Positions 27,536 through 40,655 of a stretch of DNA of 60,000 nt are shown here, piece by piece; within the stretch, counting starts at the first letter, position 1; each line of letters begins with the position of its first letter. This DNA comes from Chiloscyllium plagiosum. Its lineage: Eukaryota. The stretch is from contig NC_057753.1 in assembly GCF_004010195.1 (NCBI RefSeq), positions 2,459,285 through 2,519,284 on the forward strand. Direction: 5' to 3'. The notes under the pieces were generated by a model. It was not told the DNA's origin and did not search any database. It was given only the letters and a program-made list of their open reading frames with translations. The position numbers were made by a program, and so were the translations under genes.

Positions 27536-28452
27536 CTAACTTGGTCGTGATTGTGATCCTGTTGCGAAAAACATGCGGACTCTCTGGCTGTGTTACTTAT
27601 TACCTGGTGTCAATGGCAGCAACCGATCTACTGGTCTTAGTCACTGCTGTCCTCTTAAATCGGATTGCTGGGAATTATTTTCCAACAAGTTTCCTTTTCA
27701 TCACACCAATATGTAGTTTGCATTCTGCCTTAACTTATGCATCCATAGTCAATTCTGTCTGGTTAACAGTCACTTTTACCTTTGACCGATTTGTGGCCAT
27801 TTCATGCCAGAAGCTGAACAGACGATATTGCACTGAGAGGGTGGCAGCATGGGTTATTGGAATCGTGTCCACGCTAAGTTGTATTAAAAATATCTTCATA
27901 TATTTTGAATATGAACCCCTGTATATAATTAAGAATATACCGTGGTTCTGCAAAACAAAATTAACATTTTACACTTCACCTGCGTGGTGTGCATATGACT
28001 GGTTGTGGATCATTGTAACTCCCTGTCTCCCATTCATTTTGATTGTACTGCTCAATGGTCTGACCGTCAGGCATGTCCTAGCAGCCAATAGAGCCCGCAA
28101 GAGAGTTTCGACTCAGAACAGTGAACAGAATCAGAGAGACCCAGAGTTGGAGAAGCGGAAGAAGTCTATTGTTTTACTTTTTGCCATCTCGTGCAATTTC
28201 ATCCTACTCAATTTACTAGTTATGATATCAACCCTTTATATCCGAATTAACAATATTACTTATTTCTTCATTTCTGATTCCGGTGTGTCAACGTTCCTTC
28301 TCGAGGAATATGGGTACATGCTTCAGCTCCTGAGTTCCTGTGTGAATGTGTTCATTTATGCCGGAGTGCAGTCTAAATTCAGAGCAGAATTAATAAATCA
28401 GATGAAATATCCATTGAGGTTATTATGTAAGTCACTCAAACTGTGGCAATAG
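27536..28452 (+). CDS. GPR139/GPR142-like class A GPCR, coding exon 2 (spliced product 328 aa)
   Basis: Polypyrimidine tract + ttgcag|CT AAC TTG; uninterrupted ORF with TM2 'YYLVSMAATDLLVL', TM3 'C..FTFDRFVAISC', ECL2 'PWFC', TM5 'TPCLPFILIVLLN', TM6 'KSIVLLFAIS', TM7 'SSCVNVFIY', helix 8 'KFRAEL'. Confidence 0.92.
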
Positions 28453-28649
28453 AATACACAGCCAAGGTGCGTTTGTAAGTGAAGAAACAAACTATTTATC
28501 AACCCATTAGGAGCTTGTATCAGTAACTTATGATATCCCTGTCTGTGTTTCCTGCCTATATACAAATTATATGTAGCCCCTCTTCCAATAGATTACATTT
28601 CTAAATTCGATGAACGATTATTCTCAGTGACTTCATTTTTAATTGTCCA

Positions 28650-28805
28650 TCGAGTTTAGGGATATGTATGTTCGGTGCATTAGTCATGGGTAAATGCAGA
28701 GTACTAGGCGAGGGGAATGATTTTGTGAGGGATACTCTTCGGAGGTTCGGTGTGGACCGAAGGCAGGTTTCTGCACTGTTAGAATGTTTGATTCTAAGAA
28801 TTCTC
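28650..28805 (+). mobile_element. HE1-type SINE 3' fragment
   Basis: ggtgcattagtcatgggtaaatgcagagt...gatactcttcggaggttcggtgtggac...tttctgcactgttaga. Confidence 0.65.
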
Positions 28806-28819
28806 TAAGCCGTGTCTTC

Positions 28820-29545
28820 ACACCGCTGGAGGGGGATCTTTTCAAACTCCCTTCGCTCTCCTCCATGTTAATGCTGTTTGAGCTCCCGCAAAGCACGGGT
28901 TTATATTTTATATTTACACTCACAGAAAACGTCCTGTATGAATCCAGCACTTTATTTCCCCCTCCAATCCATGGAAACGGCGCTTTGTGAGACTCGAGCT
29001 TTGGATTTGCTACAATACTTCCTGTTGGGAGATTGGCTGAAACTGCTAACTTTATGAAGCATTTGAGCTCAATCACATCCTTGCCATTCAAATACTAATT
29101 TTACACGAAGGGTGGTTTATGCGTGGAATGAACTTCCTGAGAAAGTGTTGGATGCGGGTAAAATGAAAAGACATTTGTTTAAGTACATGAAGAGGAACGG
29201 TTTGGAGGGATACAGCTCATGGGCAAGCAAGAAAGACAATTTTAATTTGGGATTATGCTTGATATGGACTGGTTGGACAGAATGTCTGTTTCCATGTTAT
29301 ATTACACGATGCCAGGTTCATAGTTCCTTGAAATTGGAGTCACAGATGAACAGGATAATGAAAATGTTTTGCATTCTTGCCTTTATTGGTCACTGAATTG
29401 AGTACTGGAGTTGGGAGGTCCTCTTGTGGCTGTCCAGGACATTTAACAGCCACTTTTAGAGTATTGCATGTCTTTTCTGGCACTAATGATCCCACTCTGC
29501 CACAGCATACACCAGAAAGAGTAATTAAACTTGACTGGGACACAG
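28820..29545 (+). repeat. Diverged direct duplicate of ~36950-37690 (unique sequence + CR1 pieces)
   Basis: Shared order: cccttcRctctc...tttgagctc...cactcaYagaaaac...tatgaatccaRcac...ccttgccattcaaatRctaattttacac...cctgagaaagtg...taattaaa..gactgggacac. Confidence 0.75.
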
Positions 29546-29604
29546 ATTAAAATCATAAAATCGCTGCAGTGCAGAAAGAGGCCATTTGACCCATTGAATG
29601 TATT

Positions 29605-30160
29605 CAGCATAGGAGTTTGGAGGTCATGTTGCAGCTGTAAAGGTCATTGGTCAGTCCACTTTTGAATATATTTCTTGGAAGGGTGCAGAAAAGATTGATA
29701 AGGATGTCACCAGTGTTGGAGAGTTTGTCATATACGGAGAGGCTGAATAGATGGGGCTGTTTTGCCTGGAGCGTCGGAGGCTGAGGGATGACCTTAGAGG
29801 TTTATAAAATCAAGAGGAGCATGCGACAGGTAAATAGATTAGGTCTTTTCCCCATGGTGGGCGTGCCCAAAACTAGAGGGCAGAGGGTTACGGTGAGAGG
29901 GGAAAGATTTAAAAGGGACCTGAAGGGCAACATTTTCACGCAGGTTAGTGGGGCATGTATAGGATGAGCTGCCAGACGAAGCAGCTGGTACAATTACATT
30001 TAAAAGGCATCTGAACGGGTGTGTGAATAGGAAGAGCCTGGAGGGGTGAGGGCCACGTTCTGGCAAATGGAGGAAGATTTATATAGGATACCTTGTCAAC
30101 ATGGATGTATTGGATCAACAAGTATATTTCAGTGCTGTATATCTCTATGTCTATTTGATG
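29605..30160 (+). mobile_element. CR1 LINE 3' fragment
   Basis: ttggaagggtgcagaaaagatt...gaggctgaatag...aaaactagagggca...atttaaaagggacctgaagggcaac...tgtatatctctatg. Confidence 0.8.
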
Positions 30161-30924
30161 ACAGGTGTTTTATTTCCATTGATGTAAGTATTGTTATAAG
30201 TAATAGTGAGGTGCAAGAAAGGGAGAATTCTTCATGTAGGGCAAAATAACAATCATAGGAGAGCCCTTTTCTGGTTAACTTTGTAATGATCAAACATTAA
30301 CCATAAGTACTGACAACGTATTCATTCCTAATTTTGTTTCACTCTTCTTGTTTTATTCCATGCCATGACTACTCTGTGTCTGGATAGTTGACAGGCTGGG
30401 AGATTGTGGGTTGTGTCTTGATTGACTGAATTCTTGATCTGGATGGTGTAAAAGAGTGTCATAACTTCAGCAGAAATACAGCAGAGCTGAAAACAGACGG
30501 CATCTTACTCTGTGGGAACATGGAGATCAACAGAAGACAGACAACACAGGACCTGAAATCCGAGCCGACACCCGGCCACCATGTTATCAGTGTTTTGATT
30601 TGAAGAGTCAACACTATACCTTTACCTAGCTTCCGATTCGATTTGAGTGCCACGTACCCCTTCGATATTTACGATCCATGTCATCCTGAAGCCATGTCTC
30701 TGTAATGAGTCTCAGAACATAATTATTCTCTTCAATGTGTGCAGTCAATTCAAACACTGCTGTTACAATACAGCACGCATTCAGACACAGTTAAAAGTTC
30801 CAAATGTTGAATCATTTGAATCCAGTTTAGATTGCTGGTACACTTGCTCTCTTCGTCCATTTCTATCATACTCTAATGTTCTGTTTTCAAATCAATAGAT
30901 TTCTCACCTGCCTTCATTTGGAGT

Positions 30925-31395
30925 GACCATGCTAAATCACCCATAGTGTCCTGGGAAGTGCAGGTTAAGTGGGTTAGCCAATGGGAAATGCAGAGTTATA
31001 GCATTCATTGTAATAGAAGCAGGGGGTAGGCCATTTGATCCAACGATCCTGCTCCTCCATTCATCAAGATTTTGGATGATAAATGCATCGCCTCAGCTCC
31101 TTCTACCTGCATTGTCCCAACTACCCTTAATTCGCCTACCATGCAAATTCCCATCCAAAAGTTTGCTGAATGAAGAACATTCCATAGATTCACTGTTCTG
31201 TGGGAAAAGCAGTTTCTGCTCATCTCTGTCCAAACTCTGCTCACCTAATCTTGATGCATTGCCCCTCATCCTAGTCTCACCGACCAGCAGAAACTACGAG
31301 ATCATGTGAGGTTGGTATTGGTGAATGGCACACTCTTAGTAGGGGTCTCTGTGGGCTTGATGGGCCGAATGCCCTGTTTCCACACTCTAGGGCTC
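30925..31395. mobile_element. HE1-type SINE 3' half (+) split by a minus-strand CR1 3' fragment (~31000-31290)
   Basis: gaccatgctaaatcacccatagtgtcc...tgcaggttaagtgggttagcc resumes as gggcttgatgggccgaatgccctgtttccacactctagg; the insert encodes 'RNCFSHRTVNLWNVL'. Confidence 0.7.
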
Positions 31396-31999
31396 CTGGG
31401 ATTTCCCAGTTGTGTGTACCCCAAATCACAGCATCCGGACCCTCCTGCCTTCTGCAAATAGAAATATAATTCGCACCCTTCCATCCCACATGTGTGTTAT
31501 CTGACTGCTTAATCGTTTCTGGTGGTACAGCCAGAAGTTGCCCCTCAGTTCCTGTGTGACGAAGTTGCCCCTCAGTTCCTGCTGTTGCCAGTAGACTTTA
31601 CAATGCTGATGAAACAGCACAATACCTTCAGTCCTGAAAATCGTATGGCTTTTAACAATACCAGTTACTGATCGTCCATTCCTTCGGATGCACAACGTTG
31701 GAAATATAATATTGGAGGCTGAAAGAAATGAACAGTTTAAAATAAAAACCCACCTAGCACTTCGGTATGTTGCTTGCTCAGCACACTTTACTTACTGCCA
31801 GGTAAACTTAAAACAATTTCATTCCCACAGTACAATAATTCTCAACTTCAACGAAAATCCCGATATACTCACTCACTCAGTTGTTGTCCAATAAATGAAA
31901 GATTTAATTGTAACTTCTGCTCCCAGTAAGGGGAAAACATGTTTGAAAGCTTCTCTGAAAGTCCAGTGTTCATAACAGCATTTCTACTTTTACTGGAGA

Positions 32000-33890
32000 T
32001 GATTAGAGTCGCACAGCACGAAAACACCTTTCTTTCCAACTCATCCGCGCTACCACATATCCTAAATTAATCTCGTCTCATTTGTTAGCATTTGGCTCAT
32101 ATCCCTCTCAATCCTTCCTATTCATATAGCCACCCAGATGCCTTTTGATTCATGTAACTGTACCAGCTTCCATCAATATCTCTGGTAGTTCAGACCCACT
32201 GTGTGACGAAGTTGCCCCTCAGTTCCTTTTTAAATCTTTCCCTATTCACACTATCCATGCCCCTTATGGATGTCTATAAGGTCACCCCTCAGCTTCCAAT
32301 TCTCCAGGGAAAAGAGCCACAACCGATTCTGCCTCTCCCTATAACATTAATCCACCAACTCTGGCAACAGCCCTGTTAACATTTTCCGTAATATTTCAAA
32401 GTTTCACAATATCTTCTTATAGCATGGAGATGAGAATTGAATGCGGTCTTCTATAAGTAGCGTAACTGATCACCTGCACAGCCGCAAAATAAGAACCAAA
32501 CTCGTTTACTCATGCACTGACCAATAAAGGCAAGCCTTCTTCAATACCATGCCACCTGAGACTACATTTCCAAGATAATAGATACCTGCACCACAAGTTA
32601 TCTTTGTTCTGCAACACTCGCCTTAACTGTGTAAGCCCTGCCGTGATTTTCTTTGCTAATATGCAACATCTCAAATTTATCAAAATTCAAGTCCACCTGC
32701 AACTCCTCAGTCCATTGGCCTATTACTCCTTCTTATCTGTTCCATTTTATATCGAACTGTATTTCGTCTCTTCTTCTCTAAATTCTGAAAAGCTCCATCA
32801 CACAATCACTCCCTGCACTTTCGCTTCACTGAACCGAAACACTACTGTACCTCAGCCTGAACGTTCAGGTACATGCTGATTAACAGGCTCACACTCGGGG
32901 TGATGTCACTGAGTCATGCAAAATACTGAGCGATCCGGACAGAGTGGACGCAGGGAAAATGTCTCCATTGACAGGAGAGACTAGTACCCGAGGGCGCATC
33001 ATTAGAATAAAGGGAAGACCTTTTATAACGGAGATAAGGTGAATCATCTTCCGTCAGAGAGTGTTCAAGCTATGCAATTCACTGCCACAGAAGGCTGTGA
33101 AGGCCACGTCATTGAGTATGTTAAAGAGTGAGATAGATAATTTCATAAGTCTCAAGGGGCTCAAGGGTTACAGGGAGAATAAGATTGAGAAACGTATCAT
33201 CCAGGACTGAATCGCAGAGCAGACCAGATGGGCTGAATGGCCTAATTTCTGTCTCAATGTCTAATGGTGTCTTGCTGTCCTGGACACCGACTGTGAGAAT
33301 TGAGGGTATGAGTAGGCCATTTGAACTTTCAAGCTTGCACCAGCATTGAACAGATCCTAACTGAATATGATTCTACCTACATCTTGATGGATAGGTTGAG
33401 ACTTTTTTTCACTGGAACATAGGAAGATTAGAGGTTTCCCTATAGAGGTTAAAAAAAACATAAGACCATAAGACTTAGGAGTGGAAGCAAGGCCATGTGG
33501 CCCATCGAGTCGCCTCCAATATTTAATCATAACTGAGGTGCATTTCAACTCCACTGACCCGCACTCTCTCCGTAGCACTTAAGTCCTTGCGAGATCAAGA
33601 ATTTATCAATTTCTGCCTTGAAAACATTTAACGTCCCGGCCTCCACTACCCTCTGTGGCAATGAATTCCACAAGCCCACCACTCTCTGGATGAAGAAATG
33701 TCTCCTCTTTTCCATGTGGCATATAGGTGAAAAGCGGGTGTCCTTTCCCTTGCGTGGGGTTTTCAAGATTATGGAGTAAATTTTGAAAGTGAGAGGAGAA
33801 AGAGATTATAAAGAAACGAGTGTATCATTTTCTTTTTACACAGCGAGTGGTTGGTGTGTACAGATCTGTTTCTGTACTGTATGACTAATT
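32000..33890. mobile_element. Cluster of CR1 3' fragments (minus 32000-32720; plus 32935-33270; minus 33460-33715 within plus pieces)
   Basis: 'RRHFFIQRVVGLWNSLPQRVVEAGTLNVFKAEIDKFL' (33545..33766) and several CR1-type tails. Confidence 0.8.
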
Positions 33891-34154
33891 GTTCTGTACT
33901 GGTCTAAAACCATTTTGTTGCTTTCGCCCATTACCTTCCATTTCTTTGTTGGTCAAAACTCAGACAAAATCAGCCTTGAATATATTCAATGAAACCCCCC
34001 AAACAAAAACAGGAAGATACCCCTACTTCTGAACTCAATTCCTCTTGCTGATACACCATTTGCCTTCTTCATTGGTTGCTGCACTTGTCTGAGATCTGGC
34101 ATTGACTGTTGCAGAAGGATACAGAGGCGCCTTTGTCCTTCCCCACGCTTTGGC

Positions 34155-34265
34155 TCGAACCCAAAACGTCAACTCTGCTGCTTTTTGCATGCTGCTTAAT
34201 CTGCTGTGCTTTTCCAGCACCACACTTTCCGACTCTGGTCCCTCGCATCTGCAGTACTTCTGATC
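34155..34265 (+). mobile_element. Penelope-like 3' terminal remnant
   Basis: cccaaaacgtcaactctgctgct...atgctgcttaatctgctgtgcttttccagc resembles 10867-10920. Confidence 0.55.
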
Positions 34266-34949
34266 TACCTCTCAAACAGATCACCATTTACACAATGCAC
34301 CTCCTTTCATCTTTTGTTTTCACATTGTGGTACTGCATTTGTCGTGCTTCCCAATGGAGACACAGACTTGGGCCAACCTCTCCAGTGTCTGTTCCCTTCC
34401 TGGAGATTCACTCCCTTTCCTTTCAGTAAGCGGCAAGTCAACAATTGAAGCCCAGAATGAAGAAAAAAGATGGAAAATCGGATAAAAAAAAGCAAATGTT
34501 GTACTCACAGATGTTGGACAGGGGAAGGAAATTCCAATCTGGGGTGAAGCTCATTGTTCATTGAGAGAGAGGGGAGCAGCAGCAACTTCAGAAGCTCGCA
34601 GTCCAATTTCCGCATTTAGACAATAAGGGAGCTCTGACCTGTAGAAGGATTAGTCTCCTTCCAGTATTCCAGGGCTCCCCATTGATCCATCAAACGAAAG
34701 GCATGCCTCCTTTCAACGGACAGCGAGGAGGACGAATAGTTTTTGGCTGACACCGGCGAACTTGGGTATTGCTCGCTGACACCGAAGAGAAGACACACTC
34801 TGCCATTTGGAGATGGTGTTACCAGTAGATTTTAAGTGTCCAAATGCCAACACCAGAAAAAAAAGACTGAAGGTAAAATTTTAATTTTCCCTGTTTGTCG
34901 AAGTTTTATTCCTTTTGCATTTTGTTTGGCTGTTCAACTTTTGTTTGTC

Positions 34950-35250
34950 TTTTCCCCAGAGCAGATGAAGTCCAAAACAATAGGACATCGGTTTTCAGGC
35001 AAGAGGGGAAAAATTTAAAAGGTACCTAACGGGCAACGTTTTCAGGCAGAGGATGATGCATGTATGGAAGGAGGTGTGGGAGGTGGAGGCTGGTAAAATT
35101 ACATTTAAATGACATCTGGTTGGGTATTTGAAAAGAAAGAGTTCAGAGGATCATGGGCAAGTACTGGAAAATTGAACTATATTCATTTAAGATATCTGGG
35201 CAGCATGGACGAGTTAAACCAAAGGTTCTGTTTTCATTCTCTTTGATTCT
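34950..35250 (+). mobile_element. CR1 LINE 3' fragment
   Basis: gtccaaaacaataggacatcggttt...atttaaaaggtacctaacgggcaacgttttc...ggaggctggta. Confidence 0.75.
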
Positions 35251-35264
35251 GAAGATATCACTGG

Positions 35265-35540
35265 TTTGGCCAGCATTTATTTCGCGCCCTGTGGGCGGGG
35301 TTGGGGGGGGGTGTGCAGTCAAGTGTCAACCACACAGCCGTCAGTCTGGAGTCACATGTAGGCCAGATGCGATAAAAGATGGTAGCTTCCTTGTCTCAAA
35401 TCAGATGTTTTTTTCGGAAAAAGATTTCATCATTAGATTCTGAACTCTAGATTTCTAACCAAATTCCAGTTCCACCATATGCCGCGGCCGGATTCGAACC
35501 TGGGAGTCCCCAGAGCAGGGTCGATCATGCAGCTGATAAT
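35265..35540 (-). mobile_element. tRNA-derived SINE (family not named)
   Basis: B box GGTTCGAATCC on the minus strand (ggattcgaacc, 35490-35500); body ctggagtcacatgtaggccag; tail ggccagcatttatt. Confidence 0.65.
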
Positions 35541-35584
35541 AGTACGGGGCCATCGCTCCGTTCATCCCCCTGCAATGATAAGGG

Positions 35585-36115
35585 AACTCACTGGTGCCTT
35601 AGCACGTGGGAGGAGCAGAAGAAGCCCTTCACAGACTGAGAGCAGGTGAGTGGGCTGTCCCCGGTGTAGACTTGCTGGATGTTCAGCTGATTTTCCAAGC
35701 AAGCGAACTGCCTTCCGCACTCGAGATAACCTGATGGGCTTCTCTCTCGTTTCGACCTGCTCATGCTTCTGCAAGTTGCCCACTTGACTGACAAATCGTC
35801 TGTCTCCAGTGTGAACTCGCTGGTGCATCAGTAAGTTGCACAGCCAACGGAATCCCTTCCCGCAGACAGAACAGATGAAGAGCCTCTGCCCGGTGTGAAG
35901 GTGTCTGAATTTCCAGCACCAATGGGAAAAGGAACGCTTTCCCACATTCCCCAAATTTCCATGGTTTCCACATATAAGGAGCACTCCTTGTGTTGCTCGA
36001 GGTTTATTGGCCAGCTGAAATGACGAATAGAATGGATACACTGCCTCTCCGCACCTTGAATGGTGAGATTTTGTTTCAAAAAGCTGAGTAAATGGTTGAA
36101 GTCAGCCATTCACAG
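35585..36115 (-). pseudogene. Frameshifted C2H2 zinc-finger gene remnant
   Basis: Across three frames: 'KPWKFGECGKAFLFP..LE', 'HTGQRLFICSVCGKGFRWLCNLLMHQRVHTGDRRF', 'ECGRQF..LNIQQVYTGDSPLTCSQSVKGF..SSHVLRHQ'. Only one finger is fully intact. Confidence 0.85.
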
Positions 36116-36949
36116 TCAGCGCACTGCATCTCTCTGACTGGGGTCTCTCAGGATTCTTCCTGCCACCCCAGGCAGTTCCTGTAGATTGCTAGAGGCCTGC
36201 TGATCACATATCATCCAGGACACTGAAACCAGAAAAAACCTAATGCAGCCAGATAGCCTTAAGAGCATACGGAAAGAAACTTCATTTAGGTGAAAATGAC
36301 CTGGAACAAACTCCCTACAATGGTACTGGAAATGGTGCTGAATCAAGGATATGATAATGAGATGCCAAGGCATCTTGGGAAAAGAAAGCCAGTAGTGTAG
36401 CTGAATGACTTCCTAATGTTCTGTTAAATAATAAAATGCAAGAAATACCGGATTTATCTCCATTAGTATCTTAACAGTTGAAAAGTAATAGCCATGAAGA
36501 TTCTACAACAGCTACTAATATCAGATATATACATATGAAGCAACATACATCTACATTCTATACCAATGTAGTAATCCCTTAAATGTTGCTCAGTTGCCTT
36601 TTAATAGTGAACATGAGAAAAGAAGCAAACGTTTTCTCGGGTACAAACTGTGTGAGCGCAAAATGAGAGAATACGCAATGAAAATACCTTTAGGAGGGAC
36701 AGAACGCATCTGAGAACCTTTGAAGAGTCGGCTCCATCCCTGGAGTTATTCCAGTTGCTACAAGTGATCACTGTTCCGCGCCTCTCTCCCTCCCACGATG
36801 AGGAATGGAAAGGGGAAGACATTGTTTTGATCCCACATGTTGCCCAGAGGGACAGAGTTTCCCTCTGAAAATGACAAGGATACTTCTACGTTGTGATGTG
36901 AAAATGGTGAGTGGGACCGAGAGTGGACCTGCAATGCGCCTGAGGTGCC

Positions 36950-37690
36950 CTGCAGCTGGGGGACGTGGGAGGGGAGGAAATTTTGCGAAGTCCCTTCACT
37001 CTCGTCCAAGTCAATGTGATTTGAGCTCAACCAACGCATTATGTTTCATTACAGCTGCACACTCATAGAAAACCTCCTCCTCTATGAATCCAACACCTTA
37101 CTCTCTCCTCCACTTCACGGAAAAATAAAGCGATTCGTGTGACTCCAGAGTTGCAGTTGCCACCATACCTGCTGCAGGCGGTTTGGTGGAAATATTTTTT
37201 TTCTGAACCATTTCATTCACACTCACCCTTGCCATTCAAATGCTAATTTTACACAAAAGAGGGCTCAAGTGTGGAACGGACATCCTGAGAAAGTGATGGA
37301 TTCGGGTATAATTAAAAGACATTGGGATACATGCATGAATAGGAAATTGGAGGGATGCAGCACAGCAGCAGACAGGAGAGACTCGTTTAATTTATGATTA
37401 TGTTTGGCATGGACTAGTTGGTCTGAAGGAATGGTTACTTTCTGTTGAAACGATCGCAGGTTCATTGTTCCTTGAAAGTGTAATCGCAGGAATACAGGAC
37501 AGTGAATGTGTTTGGTACACTTACTTTCTTGGTCAGTGCATTGAGCAGAGGGGTTGGGAGGTCATGTTGTGGTTGTACACAACATTGATTCGGCCACGTT
37601 TGGAGTATTGTGTGCAATTGTGTTATATATGGTCGCGCACTGACACACGATACAACAGAGATCGTAATTAAAATGGACTGGGACACCAGG
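36950..37690 (+). repeat. Diverged direct duplicate of ~28820-29545
   Basis: See partner; includes CR1 'GWEVMLWLYTTLIRPRLEYCVQ'. Confidence 0.75.
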
Positions 37691-38599
37691 TAGATGAATT
37701 AGTCAAAAAAGAAGAAACAACTCACGAAGGACGACTGAAGGGGAAAAAAGCAGATAAAGCGAAAGCGAAACAGGTCGCAGTACATCAAAGAAAGGATAAA
37801 GAGTTGTGAGAAGTATGGGCAAGGATGGAATCAGAGGAATGTTTCAAGAGACATATTGTGCGAGCATTAATGCAAATCTAAATAGAATTCCCTAAGAGTG
37901 AAGGACACCTGTTATTCTTAACAGATCTGTGCTATATGTTAATCCTCAGGCACTTCAATGTATTGGCGGTCAAAGATCCTCTGAGCAATTATAAATCGTC
38001 AAGCAATGTCGTCCAGTCCAATTTTTTATGGTGCTGGGATAACAAATGCCTGTGGCTATTTCAGCATGTTGTGAAGTTGGCTTCATTAACTACATATGAA
38101 TTTATGACCTGATCTATTCTGAGTAAAAGAAAACACAGTAATGAGCCATAGAACGTGAGATTAAAGCAATCAATTCCAGCCATATGCCTCAGGGGTGAAA
38201 AGTTTCACTCTCCCAGCTATTATCTACATGGGATTCCATTTACAAATTACAGATTTGTTATTTAATGATCTCAGCTATAATTACGCCACGCATCTCAGCA
38301 CGTACACGTCTGACCTTGGTGACATATCTGCGGGCATTTCATTGCATAACATCGCACATCTCACCGCAATTACGTTCTGTACAAACTGGCAAATTCGTTA
38401 GATTCGTTCTTCGTGCTTGTATTCCAAGAGTACTTGTTTCTGGCTGCACTTTGGGCGCCAGTAGCAATTGTTTTTTTCCTGCATATTGTAAAAACATAAA
38501 GATCCAGGTGCCACTGTCAGGGATGTCTGGCATTGAGATTACAGCATTTGTAAGGGGTAGGCTGAACAGCCAGAAGTCATCGTATACACTGGTACTGAT

Positions 38600-40120
38600 T
38601 ACATTGGTGAAAAATGGATCAGGACCAGAAATGTGAATATAGGGAGTTAGTTTGGAAGTTAAAAGTCAGGTTGCACAAAGTAATAATCTCAGGATTGCTA
38701 CTGCTGCCACAGGCAAGTGGTGGGAGTGTGAAGGAACTTTGGATGACAAGACGTGTGAAACATCTAGTCAAGAGGAAGAAGGAAGCTTACTTACGTTTAA
38801 GGCAAGAAGGATGAGACAGGGCTCCAGATGGTTACACATTCGCAAGATAGGAACCGAAGAATGGACTTATAACACTTAGAAGTGGGCATGAAAAGGTCGA
38901 GACGGATATGAAAATGAAAACCCCAAGGTGTTCTGCACCAACATGCGGAACAAGAGGATGATCAGAGTCAGGGTAAGACCAATCAGGGATAGTGGAGGGA
39001 GATTCTACCTGGAGTTGGAGGAAGTCAGAGAGGTCATGAACGAATACTTTGCTTCAGTATTCACGGTGAGACGGACTTTGTCGTTTGTGAGAACATGGTG
39101 AAGCAGAGGCTGATATGCTCAAACAGGTTGATGTTAAGGAGGAGCATGGAAATTTTAAAAGACACGATGATAGATAATTCCCATGGGTTGGATGGGGAGA
39201 CACTCAAGGTTTCTTTGGGAAACGAGGGAAGAAATTGCTGTGCATTTGGCGATGAACTCTGCGGCTTCACATTCCACTGGAACACTGCCAGATGGTTCGA
39301 GGTTGGCAAAAGTCAATCCCTTGTTCAATGAAGGGAACAAGGACAAACCTCGTAATTCTCGACCAGACAGTATTACATCAGTGATTGGCAAATTATTGGA
39401 GAGGATTGTGAGAGAAGGGATTTATGATTATTTGGATAAGTATAACTTGATTAGAGACGGCCAGCATGGCTTTGTGAGTGGAAGTTTATGCCTCACAAGA
39501 CGAACTGAATACTTTCAGGATGTGACCAAATCATTGATGAAATTTGCGCAGTGGAAGTGGTGTTCATGGATTTTACCAAGGTATTTGATAAGGTTCCCCA
39601 TGATAGGATCATTCTGAAAGTAAGTAAGTAGGCATGGAATTTAGGGAAATCTGGCTGTCAGTAAACAGAATTGGCTGGTCCATATAAGACAGAGGTTGGC
39701 AGTAGATGGAAAGTATTCAGCCTGATGCTCGATGACAGTGATGTTCGGAGAGATCTGTTATGGGACATCTGCTCTTTGTCATTTTATAAATGACTTGAAT
39801 GGGGATGTGTCGATGAAACAAAGTTTGGTTGAGCTATGCATAGTGTGGAGGGCTGTTGTATTTTGAAAAGAGGCAGTGACAAGATGCAGAACTGGGCTTT
39901 GAAACGGCAGATGGAGTTTTGCTGGAAAAGTGTGAAGCGATTAATATTGGATGGTTGAGTTTGGATGCAGAATACAGGGTTAAAGGCACGACTCTTGGCA
40001 GTTTGGAGGAACAGAGTGATCCTGCAACACACATTCATAGATGTCACCCAAGTTGATAGGGTTTTTCAGAAGGTGTATGGTGTATTGGCCTTCTTAAGCA
40101 GTGGAATTGAGTAAAAGAGC
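38600..40120 (+). mobile_element. Internally deleted CR1 LINE (ORF1 piece fused to ORF2 RT)
   Basis: 'EYRELVWKLK..KVIISGLL' then 'AKVNPLFNEGNKDKPRNSRPDSITSVIGKLLERIVRE..LIRDGQHGFVSGSLCLT'. Confidence 0.88.
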
Positions 40121-40655
40121 GATACTCTGATGTATTTATGAAGAAGCACATTAATAATATTTAAAGGCAATGAAGAAAACATTTACATCGTATTTAATCA
40201 TAGAGGCAGTTCTCGGGAGACACATTGTCGACTCCTTATTGCTGTGCGACCACGTCTGTCTTCTCGTGGGACATAATATATCCATGATTGGTGATGGTAC
40301 AGAATGCAAAATGCGATTAGCTGTGTCTGACTACGCCAAACAATTGCTTGACCAGAAAGGGATACAGCAATTCCAATTTTGGCACTGGCTGCCAGATGGT
40401 AGGAATGATAACTATGTAAAATAAAACAAGTAATTGCGATCATTCTGAGTTTCTTTGTCTTTCAGAAGAACGTTTTTAAATAGTATTCCATCAAAACACA
40501 AACAACAGCTGACTCGTAATCTCATTTCCTTTCAATATGCATATAATAAGTCTGAACCACAAAGCCATCGAATTAATTCCCTCGAACCTTACATCAGGTA
40601 TACATTTTACCAGGTCTCAACAGACTGCCAAAAGATTACAAATCATCTGATAGAA

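Noticed and set aside
27541..28452. Calling the gene GPR139 itself, or single-exon
   Set aside because: It is one of several tandem paralogs and orthology cannot be shown here; the ORF begins at a TTG just after a strong splice acceptor and lacks most of TM1 without exon 1.
31534..31581. Repeat-spacer-repeat pattern as a CRISPR array
   Set aside because: Only two copies with a few nt between them, CR1-derived, eukaryotic context, no cas genes.
38195..38636. Overlapping 64-123 aa ORFs in relatively CpG-retaining sequence
   Set aside because: No recognisable domain or splice structure; the longest runs into a CR1 fragment.
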